Below, piece after piece: positions 49,229-58,651 of a stretch of DNA of 64,000 bases. The position numbers and the translations under genes were made by a program. The stretch comes from Armatimonadota bacterium (GTDB lineage Bacteria > Armatimonadota > HRBIN16). A model generated the notes under the pieces. The model made no database searches, was not told the origin of the DNA, and saw only the letters and a list, made by a program, of their open reading frames with translations. The DNA is taken from contig OY781964.1 of assembly GCA_963677485.1 (NCBI GenBank), positions 1,504,001-1,568,000 on the forward strand, given 5' to 3'. Position 1 is the stretch's first letter. Every line of letters begins with the position of its first letter.

Positions 49229-51391
49229 ATGTTTATATTTGCTATATTGATGATCGCACTTCTGCTGGGGCTTCTCACTCCAGCAACTGCTCATGCAAAA
49301 ACACTCAAGCTGAGCTTTGCCTGTCTGGCAGAGAATGATCTGTATGCGGCTCTGCGAAAGTCAGGATACCGGTGCCCACGATATGACTCCCCCGCCATGG
49401 CGATCGACCGCGCCAAGCCCGGTTCCGCGGTGCTGATCCTGGCTGACGGCTACCCCGCCACGCCTACCAGACTCGACGCAGCACAGTTCGATCAAGCAAC
49501 CGCTAAGGGGCTGAGACTCTACATCGAATACTCTCAGACCATACCCAATTTGGAACTCGGTACCCCGCTCACCACCGTATGGGAGCGAGGCGCGGTAGCT
49601 TCGGACAAATTCGGCAGCTCGTTGATGAAAGGGCGGATCCTCGCCATCCAAGGCTGCCACTATCTGCCCGTGAAGGCGGAAACGACGCTGATCGTGATCG
49701 CCCGGCTGGCCGGATTCGATACCGCCGTATACGGGATACCACCGAATGCATCGCCCATTTTGTTCGAGATACCGGAACGCAAGCTCATCATCGCCACCAC
49801 CAAACTCAGCGGATATATCACCGGCCGGTATGCCCCCAGCGAGGCATGGCAAACCATCTGGCAGCGGGTGCTTGCGATGCTGGACCCTGATGCCCCGCCG
49901 GTATCGCTGAACTGGGAGCCGACGGTCGAACCAACCTACAGCCTCAATCAAAAGATGGCACAGGACGCAGAGCAGCTCTCCCTGCACGCCAGTGCGAAAT
50001 GGCTGCGGGAATCCAGACTGCTCATTCATCCCTCTCGTCAGCCTATGATCCACAAGCTGTTGGCTGTCAACTCCCCCGACACCCTGCCAGTACCGAAACC
50101 AAATGAGCCCGCGGGCGACGGCTCCTGCGGCATATTGGAGGGATACGCCTCCGCAGTCAATTGGGACGGCAGTCAGAACCAGTTCACAGCCATACGTGCC
50201 GACTGCAACGCGGAATCCGCGATGGTGCTGGCGATGGACTGGATGGTCCACAAGAACACCAAGAGTAAACAGGTTGCGACTAACCTGACCGACTTCGTGT
50301 ATTTCAACTCCGGCCTATGCAAGGGTCCCAGAGGCAACCCTCGGCACCCGGCATATGGGCTGATTGCGTGGGGTGATATCTCTCCAGCCTGGCTGGTGGG
50401 CAACTATGGGGACGACTGTGCGCGCACGATGCTGGGCACGATACTGAGTTCCGCCTGCCTGCGCTCTGAGCGTTGGGAGGTTCCACTGCTGAGGGCTCTG
50501 CTGGCCAACCTCAGAACCACCGGTCCGCAAGGCTTCCGTGGTGACCGCGTCGACATCGGGCCGTTGGAGCAGTATGGCTGGAGATACTTCCACGATACGC
50601 CCCGCACCAACTACGCGCCGCACTTTGAGGCCTACCTCTGGGCGTGTTACCTGTGGGCTTTCCATCAGACGGGCTACCCGGAGTTCCTGGAGCGCGCACG
50701 CACAGCCATCAAATTGACCGTAGAGGCGTATCCCGATGGCTGGCGCTGGGGCGACAGCATGGAGCGGGCCCGCATGCTGCTGCCGCTGGCCTGGCTGATC
50801 CGAGTGGACGACACCGCGGAGCACCGAAGCTGGCTGCGGCGGATCGCCGACGATCTGCTGAAGAACCAGGCGGCCTGTGGCGCACTGCGGGAGGTCATCA
50901 ACGCATCGGGCGGGGGCGGCCACTATTTCGCGCCCCAGTCCAACGAGGCATATGGCACCGGAGAGACGCCGCTCATTCAAGAGAACGGAGATTGCGCCAG
51001 CGATCAGCTCTATACCGCAGGGTTTGCGATGATCGGGCTTCACGAAGGCTTCGCGGCCACGGGCGATACGGTGCTCAAGCAGGCCGAGGACCGCCTGGCG
51101 GACTATCTGGTGCGGATTCAAGTCCATGCACCGAAGCATTCATACCTTGACGGCACATGGTTCCGCGCTTTCGACTATAAGCGATGGGACTACTGGGCCA
51201 GTTCAGGCGATGCAGGCTGGGGTGCCTGGAGTGCAGAGGCCGGCTGGGCGCAGGCCTGGACCGCCATCACACTGGGGCTGCGCGTGCAAAACACCTCATT
51301 CTGGACGATGACGGCTGATGTGAACATGGCTCAGCACTTTCGGGATGTGAGTAGGGATCTATCCCAAACACCCGACGGGCCGTTCAAGTAG
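49229..51391 (+). CDS. Secreted hypothetical protein with probable (alpha/alpha)-toroid C-terminal domain
   Basis: Signal peptide (TAHA); repeated helical hairpins such as YLWAFHQTGYPEFLERA and GFAATGDTVLKQA. Confidence 0.6.
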   Translation: MFIFAILMIALLLGLLTPATAHAKTLKLSFACLAENDLYAALRKSGYRCPRYDSPAMAIDRAKPGSAVLILADGYPATPTRLDAAQFDQATAKGLRLYIEYSQTIPNLELGTPLTTVWERGAVASDKFGSSLMKGRILAIQGCHYLPVKAETTLIVIARLAGFDTAVYGIPPNASPILFEIPERKLIIATTKLSGYITGRYAPSEAWQTIWQRVLAMLDPDAPPVSLNWEPTVEPTYSLNQKMAQDAEQLSLHASAKWLRESRLLIHPSRQPMIHKLLAVNSPDTLPVPKPNEPAGDGSCGILEGYASAVNWDGSQNQFTAIRADCNAESAMVLAMDWMVHKNTKSKQVATNLTDFVYFNSGLCKGPRGNPRHPAYGLIAWGDISPAWLVGNYGDDCARTMLGTILSSACLRSERWEVPLLRALLANLRTTGPQGFRGDRVDIGPLEQYGWRYFHDTPRTNYAPHFEAYLWACYLWAFHQTGYPEFLERARTAIKLTVEAYPDGWRWGDSMERARMLLPLAWLIRVDDTAEHRSWLRRIADDLLKNQAACGALREVINASGGGGHYFAPQSNEAYGTGETPLIQENGDCASDQLYTAGFAMIGLHEGFAATGDTVLKQAEDRLADYLVRIQVHAPKHSYLDGTWFRAFDYKRWDYWASSGDAGWGAWSAEAGWAQAWTAITLGLRVQNTSFWTMTADVNMAQHFRDVSRDLSQTPDGPFK

Positions 51392-51663
51392 GGGAGTATA
51401 TCTCACGCGAAGACGCGAAGGCGCGAAGGTATACGCGGATTTTCTTTTAACCACGGATGGACACAGATGAACGCGGATGGTCGGAACTCAACGCAAAGAC
51501 GCAGAGGGGCAAAGGACGCAAAGATGCCTTTCCATCCGAACCTATCTGTGTCATCCGCGTAATCCGTGGTTCAGACAATTCGCTAGCGCATTCACAACCC
51601 TCTGCGCCTTTGCACCTTGGCGTCTTTGCGTTGGATCCCGTCCCCATCCAAACCGTAGTTCCC

Positions 51664-54600
51664 CTACCGCAGCACGATGCTCACCGCCAGCAACTGGTCG
51701 GCAAGCAGCGTCAAAGGAGCCGCCAGGGTGATGCTCACCAGACCATCCGCCACACGATAGCTGCTCTTAAGCACTACCCCGTTGAGGCTGAGCTTCACGG
51801 ACTTCACAACGCGACCAGCATAAGCCTGCAGCACCATCTGCCGTAACCCGAAACTGCCGCTGGCCAGCCGGATTTGCGCCACCTGCTGACCGTCAGTCAC
51901 GCTCTGTGAGAACAGCCCGTATCCCTGCGGCACAGGGAAGAAGCTGCGGTGATCCTGCGGCTGCCACTGAAGTTTGAAGCCGAGTATCCCACTAGGCCCG
52001 TCCAGGATCAAGCCCTGGCTGGCGGGGATCATCGACCAACTGCTCAACGCACGGCCATAGAACTTGCCGCACTCATCGTCGCCAAACGGGTTGCCGCTAT
52101 ATCCCCAGCACACACTTGAGCTCGCGTTCATACCGGTGCGCAGCATACCGTCATAGCGGTCAGCGGCTGTCTTTACCACACGGTAGCCCTGCTCAAGATC
52201 ACCATTCTGAACCATCGCCGCGGCGGCACTGTATTCAAAGCCGCTCATCACCTCGGGCGATCCGGGCGTCGACAGGGCCGGCCGGTTATTTTTCGGCCAG
52301 ATGATCATCTGCAAACCGCCGTCGTAGCTCGCCACATAACCGCGGCCCTGTTCGCGGTCGCCCATGTGAGGCTGGAAGTTGTGCTTGAAGAGCGCTTTCA
52401 CGGCCTTCTTGACGTGCGCACGCGGGTAGACGTCACCCAGATGCAGCAGATCCGCCCACCACTGGCCCAGCACCTGATCGATGCTGCAGCCGTCGTTGTA
52501 GTCATACAGCGGCTCAGGTCCGGGTATCTGCAGGTAGTATTCGCCGTTGAACAGCCTCTCGCCCTGGTTGGTATACCCCTTACGGGCGATGGCCTCATAC
52601 CGGGTGGACGCGGGATCGCCGCTTATGTCCGCCATCCGAGCACAGGCCTTCAGAGCCGCCAGATATAATGAACCTATCCAACTGCTGCAGCCGCCCAGAG
52701 AGCTGTCCAGCGTGTCCCACTGTGGACCGCTCATGTAGCCATCTTCATCGGCGTCCCAGGTCTTGATAGCCCATTCCATGGTGGGCTTCAAAATGCGCCA
52801 GTTCTTCTTCAGCCATGCCGCGTTGGGGCTCAACAGGTGTTCACGGTAGGTTCCCAGCACGCAGCCGAACAGGCCATCGGCGGCTGGAAAATACCCCTCG
52901 GCGATGCGGTGCGGCAGACTGCCGTCGCGCTTGATGTTGTGGATTTCCTGCTCACGCATCATGCGTCCGAGTTCGGGGAAGAGCCAGGCCTGCCCCTGCG
53001 CGTAGTGCCACACATGCAGGCAGTTGCCCTCGCAGCAGCCGGAGCCCGATTCCAGGCAGCCCTCCCACATGCCGAAGAATCCGCTGCGGCTCCAGAAGCA
53101 GGTCTTGCTGACCAGAACCGCGAGCTGCGAACTGGCGCGGTCCAGGATGTAGCGGGGCAGGTTACTGCTGTAGAGAGTGTCGTGGTAGAGCTTGGTCTCG
53201 TGCGTCAGCCTCTCCAGGTTGGATAACGCCCAGTGGGCCACCTGCTGGCTGTTCCTCCACTTCGTCTCGTAGCAGTTGCCATCAAACGTCCATTTGCTGG
53301 CGCGGTTTGGGCTGCCGTTCACGGCACCTGGGAAATACCAGCCCAGCGAAAAGCTGATCGTCTTCGCCTCGCCCGGTCCCAGGCTGATGGGCACTTCGAG
53401 GGCACCATCGAGCGTGGAGCCGTTGGGTGTCGGACCGGCATGGTTGAGAGCTTGGATCGGTCTTGCCAACTCGGTGTGGTCATTCACCGAGGCGCGTCCC
53501 GTCGCGTTGCCGTTCACGGCCAGGCTCATATTGCCGTCGGGGCCACTCATCACCAGCGTGGTGATGCCGTTCTGATGCGTGATCTCATTGGTATTCTGAC
53601 CATATGCGGGGTGCTGCAGTGTTTTCGGCGACATCCCCTCGCGCTGACCAACCGGATTACGGTGCAGGCCAAGCAGGCGTAGGCTGACCGGCTTGGTGGT
53701 GGTGTTGCGCAGCGTGAAGCGGAAGATCACCACAGGGTTGCTGGAGTCCTTCAGGTCACCGGGGATGAACGGGTTGAAGGCGTTCATGGTCACCTCTACC
53801 GGCAGGCCCTTCTCGCCGAACGTCCATTCGCACCATGGGTATTCGCCGCGGAAGCTCTCCGGCGACCAGGCCTTGAAGGCACCCTCATCAGTGCCCTGCA
53901 GAGCGCGGAGCTGGGTCCGGTTGCCCACCTTCATGGCAAGACCGAAAAAGCTGTTCGGCACTCTGTTCTGGCTGAAGTTGTTGAAGGTCTGATAGACCCG
54001 CTCACCGTGCCCGGTGATCTGGATGCATCCTGAGCCGATTCCACCCAGCGGCACACTGATGGCATCGAGGTATCGCCCGGTATACACCCGCTGCTGGCCG
54101 GTCACCAGCAGCTTCTTTGGATCGGCGTTATCCTGGCGGAGTTTGTCACGGTAGGCCGTCTCGGTTTCGAGTTTGGTTTTGGCCTCCAGCCACGTTTGGC
54201 GCACAAGCTTAGCCGCTTTGGCGTTCAAGTCCGGCCTGAGACGGCCATTGATGCGCACATTGTCCACATGGATATGCGCCCAGGAGCCTTTCGCCATATC
54301 TACCATTTTAATGAATAGAGGCTGATTCTTGAGGGCACTCACGTCCCACTCGGTATCATACAGCCGCTCTTCATTGCGCCCCCTGACCACCATCAGCTCA
54401 TGGCCCTGCATGTCACAAAGTGCCAGATAGACCGCACCGTTCATGCCACCACCCACCATCAGCTTGATGATCCCGCCATGCGACTCAAACACCGGTGACA
54501 CCACAATCGCGGTCTGGTTATCGTCGCAGTTGCCCAGCGCATCGGTGTCGAGTGTCGACAGGTGGTATTTGCCCTGCCTGGGGAACGGGGTATCGGGCAC

Positions 54601-54768
54601 ATTCCGCGCGTTGGGGTTGCACGAAACCGGGTAAGCCAGGCTCCCGACAGCAACACTCCAACCTTGCATGGTGCCGTCCTCGAAATCCCACACGATGGCC
54701 GTGGTCTCAGGGTTCGAGCTGGTCGCTGTGATGTTCTGCGATGATATGATCTGGGCGTTATCACTCAT
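51664..54768 (-). CDS. GH116 family glycoside hydrolase, copy 1
   Basis: PLGGIGSG, GEYP, AFNPFIPGD..DSS.P, GMWEGC, GNCLHVWHY, QWDTLD, DQVLGQWWA, EVMSGFEY, ECGKFYGRALSSW. Confidence 0.9.
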   Translation of the reverse strand: MSDNAQIISSQNITATSSNPETTAIVWDFEDGTMQGWSVAVGSLAYPVSCNPNARNVPDTPFPRQGKYHLSTLDTDALGNCDDNQTAIVVSPVFESHGGIIKLMVGGGMNGAVYLALCDMQGHELMVVRGRNEERLYDTEWDVSALKNQPLFIKMVDMAKGSWAHIHVDNVRINGRLRPDLNAKAAKLVRQTWLEAKTKLETETAYRDKLRQDNADPKKLLVTGQQRVYTGRYLDAISVPLGGIGSGCIQITGHGERVYQTFNNFSQNRVPNSFFGLAMKVGNRTQLRALQGTDEGAFKAWSPESFRGEYPWCEWTFGEKGLPVEVTMNAFNPFIPGDLKDSSNPVVIFRFTLRNTTTKPVSLRLLGLHRNPVGQREGMSPKTLQHPAYGQNTNEITHQNGITTLVMSGPDGNMSLAVNGNATGRASVNDHTELARPIQALNHAGPTPNGSTLDGALEVPISLGPGEAKTISFSLGWYFPGAVNGSPNRASKWTFDGNCYETKWRNSQQVAHWALSNLERLTHETKLYHDTLYSSNLPRYILDRASSQLAVLVSKTCFWSRSGFFGMWEGCLESGSGCCEGNCLHVWHYAQGQAWLFPELGRMMREQEIHNIKRDGSLPHRIAEGYFPAADGLFGCVLGTYREHLLSPNAAWLKKNWRILKPTMEWAIKTWDADEDGYMSGPQWDTLDSSLGGCSSWIGSLYLAALKACARMADISGDPASTRYEAIARKGYTNQGERLFNGEYYLQIPGPEPLYDYNDGCSIDQVLGQWWADLLHLGDVYPRAHVKKAVKALFKHNFQPHMGDREQGRGYVASYDGGLQMIIWPKNNRPALSTPGSPEVMSGFEYSAAAAMVQNGDLEQGYRVVKTAADRYDGMLRTGMNASSSVCWGYSGNPFGDDECGKFYGRALSSWSMIPASQGLILDGPSGILGFKLQWQPQDHRSFFPVPQGYGLFSQSVTDGQQVAQIRLASGSFGLRQMVLQAYAGRVVKSVKLSLNGVVLKSSYRVADGLVSITLAAPLTLLADQLLAVSIVLR

Positions 54769-54824
54769 GTGTGGCTGTGTCTCCTTACGAGGGGATAGTT
54801 AGTGACAAGCATCGGCCCGTGCTT

Positions 54825-54935
54825 GCACGGCAGCCCAGGCTGTAACTGAACTATCGTAGGGGCGTCCCTTGTGGGCGCCCTAATCGTTGTTTGTGCGACA
54901 ATAATTGTTTAGGGCGCCCACAAGGGACGCCCTAA
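54825..54935. repeat. REP doublet, second copy of 7929-8044
   Basis: GCACGGCAGCCCAGGCTGTAACTGA + GTAGGGGCGTCCCTTGTGGGCGCCCT...AGGGCGCCCACAAGGGACGCCCT. Confidence 0.88.
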
Positions 54936-55143
54936 GATGACTAACTTACAAGACCGGGCCGGTCGACAGTGTTTTGATGAGCAGATTAATGACCGTACCG
55001 GGATTTTGTCTGAACCACGGATTACACGGATGACACGGATAGGTTCAGATGGAAAAGGGAGGCCAATCAGGAGATTGGCGTTCCCAGGGCTGGGCCATTT
55101 GTTGGCATTCCCATCCGTGTCATCCGTGGTTCAGACGGCTGCC

Positions 55144-58100
55144 TTATCGCAGTGCGATGTTCGCCGTCAGAACATGACCGGCACTGAGCTTCAGCGGTTC
55201 GGCCAGTTTGATGGTGATCTGACCGTTCTGCACACGGTAGCTGCTCTTCAGCAACACGCCGTTGATGATGAGCTTGACCGACTTCACGCCGCGGCCAGCG
55301 TATGCCTGAAGCACGATCTGCTTCAGCTCGATGCCGCCCGCCGTCATGCGGATGGTGTCATTCTGCAGACCATCGCGCACGGTCTGGGTAAACAGCCCGT
55401 AGCCCTGCGGCACGGGGAAGAAGCTGCGGTGATCTTGCGGCTGCCACTGAGGGTTGAAGCCGAGTATCCCCTTGGGGCCGTCCAGGATCAGACCCTGGCT
55501 GGCGGGCACCATCGACCAGCTGCTCAATGCACGGCCATAGAACTTGCCGCACTCGTCATCGCCGAATGGGTTGCCGCTGTAGCCCCAACTGGCGGTGTTC
55601 CCGCCCGTCAGGTCGTCGCGCAGGTAGCCGTCGTAGCGGTCAGCAATCGCCTTCACCACACCGTAGCCCTGCTCCACATCGCCGTTCTGCACCATGGCAG
55701 AGGCAGCACTGTATTCAAAGCCCGACATGCATTCGCTGGCGTAGGGGATGGTCACAGCCGGCGGGTTGTTCTTCGGCCAAATCACCATCTGTGTGCCGCC
55801 ATCAAAGTCGGCCACGAATTTGCGCGGAGCCTGCACACGGCCAGCCATTAGTGGATGGAAGTTGTATTTATAGATGGCACGCACGGCCTTCTTGACCCTC
55901 GCCCTTGGGTAGACATCGCCCAGATGGAGCAAGTCGGCCCACCACTGGCCCAGAACCTGGTCGATGATGCTGCCGTCATTGTAGTCGTTGCGCGGGGTGG
56001 GACCAGGAATCTGGAGGTAGTATTCGCCGTTGAACAGCTTGTCGCCCTGGTTGACATATCCCTTGCGGAAGATCGCCTCATATCGGGCAGCCGCACTGTG
56101 GTCGCCGCAGATGGAGGCCATCTGCACACAGGCCTTCAAAGCCGCCAGATACATCGAGCCCAGCCAACTGCTACAGCCGTCCAGCGCACTGTCGAGCGTG
56201 TTCCACTGCGGGCCGCTCATATAGCCGTCCTCATCGGGGTCCCAGGTTTTGATGGACCAGTCCATGGCGGGTTTCAGCTTGGCCCAGTTCTTCTTCAGCC
56301 AGTTCTCGTTGGGACTAAGCAGATGCTCGCGGTAGGTGCCCAAAATGCAGCCATACAGACCGTCGGCGGCGGGGGCATGGCCCTCGGCAATGCGGTGCGG
56401 CAGCATACCATCCGGTTTGATGTTGCCCATCTCCTGAACGCGCATCATGCGGCCGAGTTCGGGGAAGAGCCAAGCGTGGCCTTGAGCATAATGCCACACA
56501 TGGAGGCAGTTACCCTCACAGCAGCCGGAGCCAGCTTCGCAGCAGCCCTCCCACATGCCGAAGAAACCGCTGCGACTCCAGAAACAGGTCTTGCTGACCA
56601 GAATGGCCAACTGCGAACTGGCGCGGTCCAGGATGTATCGAGGCAGGTTACTGCTGTAAAGAGTGTCGTGGAAGAGCTTGGTCTCTTTTACCAGCCGCTC
56701 GAGGTTGCCCAAAGCCCAGTTGGTCACCTGCTGGCTGTTTTTCCATTTGGTCTCGTAGAAGTTGCCATCAAATGTCCATCGGCTGGCGCGCACCGGGCTG
56801 CCGTTCACGGCACCTGGGAAGAACCATGCCAGCGCAAAGCTCACGGTCTTCGCCTCGCCGGGTTGCAAGCTGATGGGAACCTCCAGCGCACCGTCTATCG
56901 TGGAGCCGTTGGGGGTAGGCCCGGCTTGGTTTTGGGCGGACATCGGCCTGGCCAACTCGGCGTTGTCGCGTAGCGAAGCGCAGCCCTTCACGTTGCCGTT
57001 CACTGCCAGGCTCATGTTGCCATCGGGCCCGCTCATGTACAGGCTGGTCAGTGCGTTCTGGTGCCGGATTTCGTTGCTGTTCTGGCCGTAAGTGGGATGC
57101 TCTTTGCTCTCAGGTGCGATGCTGTCGCGCTGCCCCACCGCGTTGCGATGCACGCCCAGCAAGCGCAGGCTCACAGCCTTGTCGGTCGTGTTGCGCAGCG
57201 TGAAGCGGAAGATCACCACAGGGTTGCTGGAGTCCTTCAGGTTTCCAGGGATGAACGGGCTGAAGGCGTTCATGGTGACCTCAACAGGCAGGCCCTTTTC
57301 GCGGAACTCCCACCCGCACCAGGGATACTCCCCGCGGAAGCTCTCCGGTGTCCAGCCCTTGAAGGCGCCCTCATCCTTCGCTTTCAAGGCGCGGAGCTGG
57401 GTTTTTCCGCCCACATTCATCGCCAGACCGAAAAAGCTGTTCGGCACTTTGTTGTAGCTGAAGTTATTGAAGGTCTGGTATACCCGCTCACCATGACCCG
57501 TGATTTGAATACAGCCTGAGCCGATCCCGCCTACAGGCACACTGATCGCCTTAAGGTATTTACCGGTATAGATTCGCTGGGAGCCGGTCGCCATCAGCTT
57601 TTTGGGGTCCGCGTTCTCTTTACGCAGCGCGTTTCGACTGGTCATCTCTTTCTTCGCTTCGATATTCACATCTTGCCAATGATCCTGCACCAGCTTGGCC
57701 GCTTTGGCATTTAGCTCAGGCCGAAGCACACCATTGATATGCACATCGTCCACATGGATATGCGACCAGGAGCCCTTACCCAAATCCACCATCTTGATGA
57801 ACAGCGGAGTGTTTTTGTATTTTTTCACATCCCAGATGACTTCACTCAGCTTCTCTTCGTTGCGACCCCTGGCCACATAGAGCTCATTCCCCTGCAAGTC
57901 ACACAGCGCCACGTAGGTCGGTTTGCTCACGCCGCCGCCCACCAACAGCTTGATGATATCCGTGTGAGTATCGAAAACAGGTGATATCACAATAGCGGTT
58001 TGGTCGTCATTGTAGCCGCCGACATCGTCGGTATCCAGGGTGGTGAGGTGGTATTTGCCCTGCCTGGGGAAGGGGGTATTTGGTGTGTTGCGCGCATTGG

Positions 58101-58257
58101 GGCAGCACGAAACCGGGTGAGTCAGCTTGCCCACCACGATCTGCCATCCCTGCATGGTGCCATCCTCGAAGTCCCACACAATCGCCGTAGTCTTCTGGTT
58201 ATTTGTGTTCATCGCGATATTCTGCGGCTTGATGAGCTTGTTGTCTTTAGATGCCAT
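55144..58257 (-). CDS. GH116 family glycoside hydrolase, copy 2
   Basis: Same motifs as copy 1 (QWNTLD here) and collinear over its full length. Start uncertain; 58257 chosen. Confidence 0.9.
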   Translation of the reverse strand: MASKDNKLIKPQNIAMNTNNQKTTAIVWDFEDGTMQGWQIVVGKLTHPVSCCPNARNTPNTPFPRQGKYHLTTLDTDDVGGYNDDQTAIVISPVFDTHTDIIKLLVGGGVSKPTYVALCDLQGNELYVARGRNEEKLSEVIWDVKKYKNTPLFIKMVDLGKGSWSHIHVDDVHINGVLRPELNAKAAKLVQDHWQDVNIEAKKEMTSRNALRKENADPKKLMATGSQRIYTGKYLKAISVPVGGIGSGCIQITGHGERVYQTFNNFSYNKVPNSFFGLAMNVGGKTQLRALKAKDEGAFKGWTPESFRGEYPWCGWEFREKGLPVEVTMNAFSPFIPGNLKDSSNPVVIFRFTLRNTTDKAVSLRLLGVHRNAVGQRDSIAPESKEHPTYGQNSNEIRHQNALTSLYMSGPDGNMSLAVNGNVKGCASLRDNAELARPMSAQNQAGPTPNGSTIDGALEVPISLQPGEAKTVSFALAWFFPGAVNGSPVRASRWTFDGNFYETKWKNSQQVTNWALGNLERLVKETKLFHDTLYSSNLPRYILDRASSQLAILVSKTCFWSRSGFFGMWEGCCEAGSGCCEGNCLHVWHYAQGHAWLFPELGRMMRVQEMGNIKPDGMLPHRIAEGHAPAADGLYGCILGTYREHLLSPNENWLKKNWAKLKPAMDWSIKTWDPDEDGYMSGPQWNTLDSALDGCSSWLGSMYLAALKACVQMASICGDHSAAARYEAIFRKGYVNQGDKLFNGEYYLQIPGPTPRNDYNDGSIIDQVLGQWWADLLHLGDVYPRARVKKAVRAIYKYNFHPLMAGRVQAPRKFVADFDGGTQMVIWPKNNPPAVTIPYASECMSGFEYSAASAMVQNGDVEQGYGVVKAIADRYDGYLRDDLTGGNTASWGYSGNPFGDDECGKFYGRALSSWSMVPASQGLILDGPKGILGFNPQWQPQDHRSFFPVPQGYGLFTQTVRDGLQNDTIRMTAGGIELKQIVLQAYAGRGVKSVKLIINGVLLKSSYRVQNGQITIKLAEPLKLSAGHVLTANIALR

Positions 58258-58356
58258 GATTGCTCTTGATCTCCTCGATGAAGGGTATATTGGTATTACT
58301 ATACCAGACCTTAGTGTGGGCAGGGCCAATCCACGTGGGATTGTCGGCGTTCGTCG

Positions 58357-58642
58357 GTAGGGGCGGGGTCACCCCGCCCCAAGGCGCGGAAACCCCGCCC
58401 CTACAACGGCCTACCTGCAACAGGGCAGGCACGGAGGCCTGCCCCTACACATGGGGCACCGCACGCGATGCCCCTGGGCACGTCTATCTCCCGATTGGCA
58501 TTTCCATTCCCATCTGAACCCATCGGTGTCATCCGTTTAATCCGTGGTTCAGACGATCAGGGGTGATCGCCGATCGCCCCTACAACGGCCTGCCTGGGAC
58601 AGGGCAGGCACGGGGGCCTGTGCCCCTCGCGATGCCCCTACC
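58357..58642. repeat. Cluster of GTAG-type REP-like palindromes plus ATCCGTGGTTCAGA modules
   Basis: GTAGGGGCGGGG...CCCCGCCCCTAC (cf. 14090-14138); CCCTACAACGGCCT.CCTG...CAGGGCAGGCACGG occurs twice. Confidence 0.8.
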
Positions 58643-58651
58643 GTCAGATGG

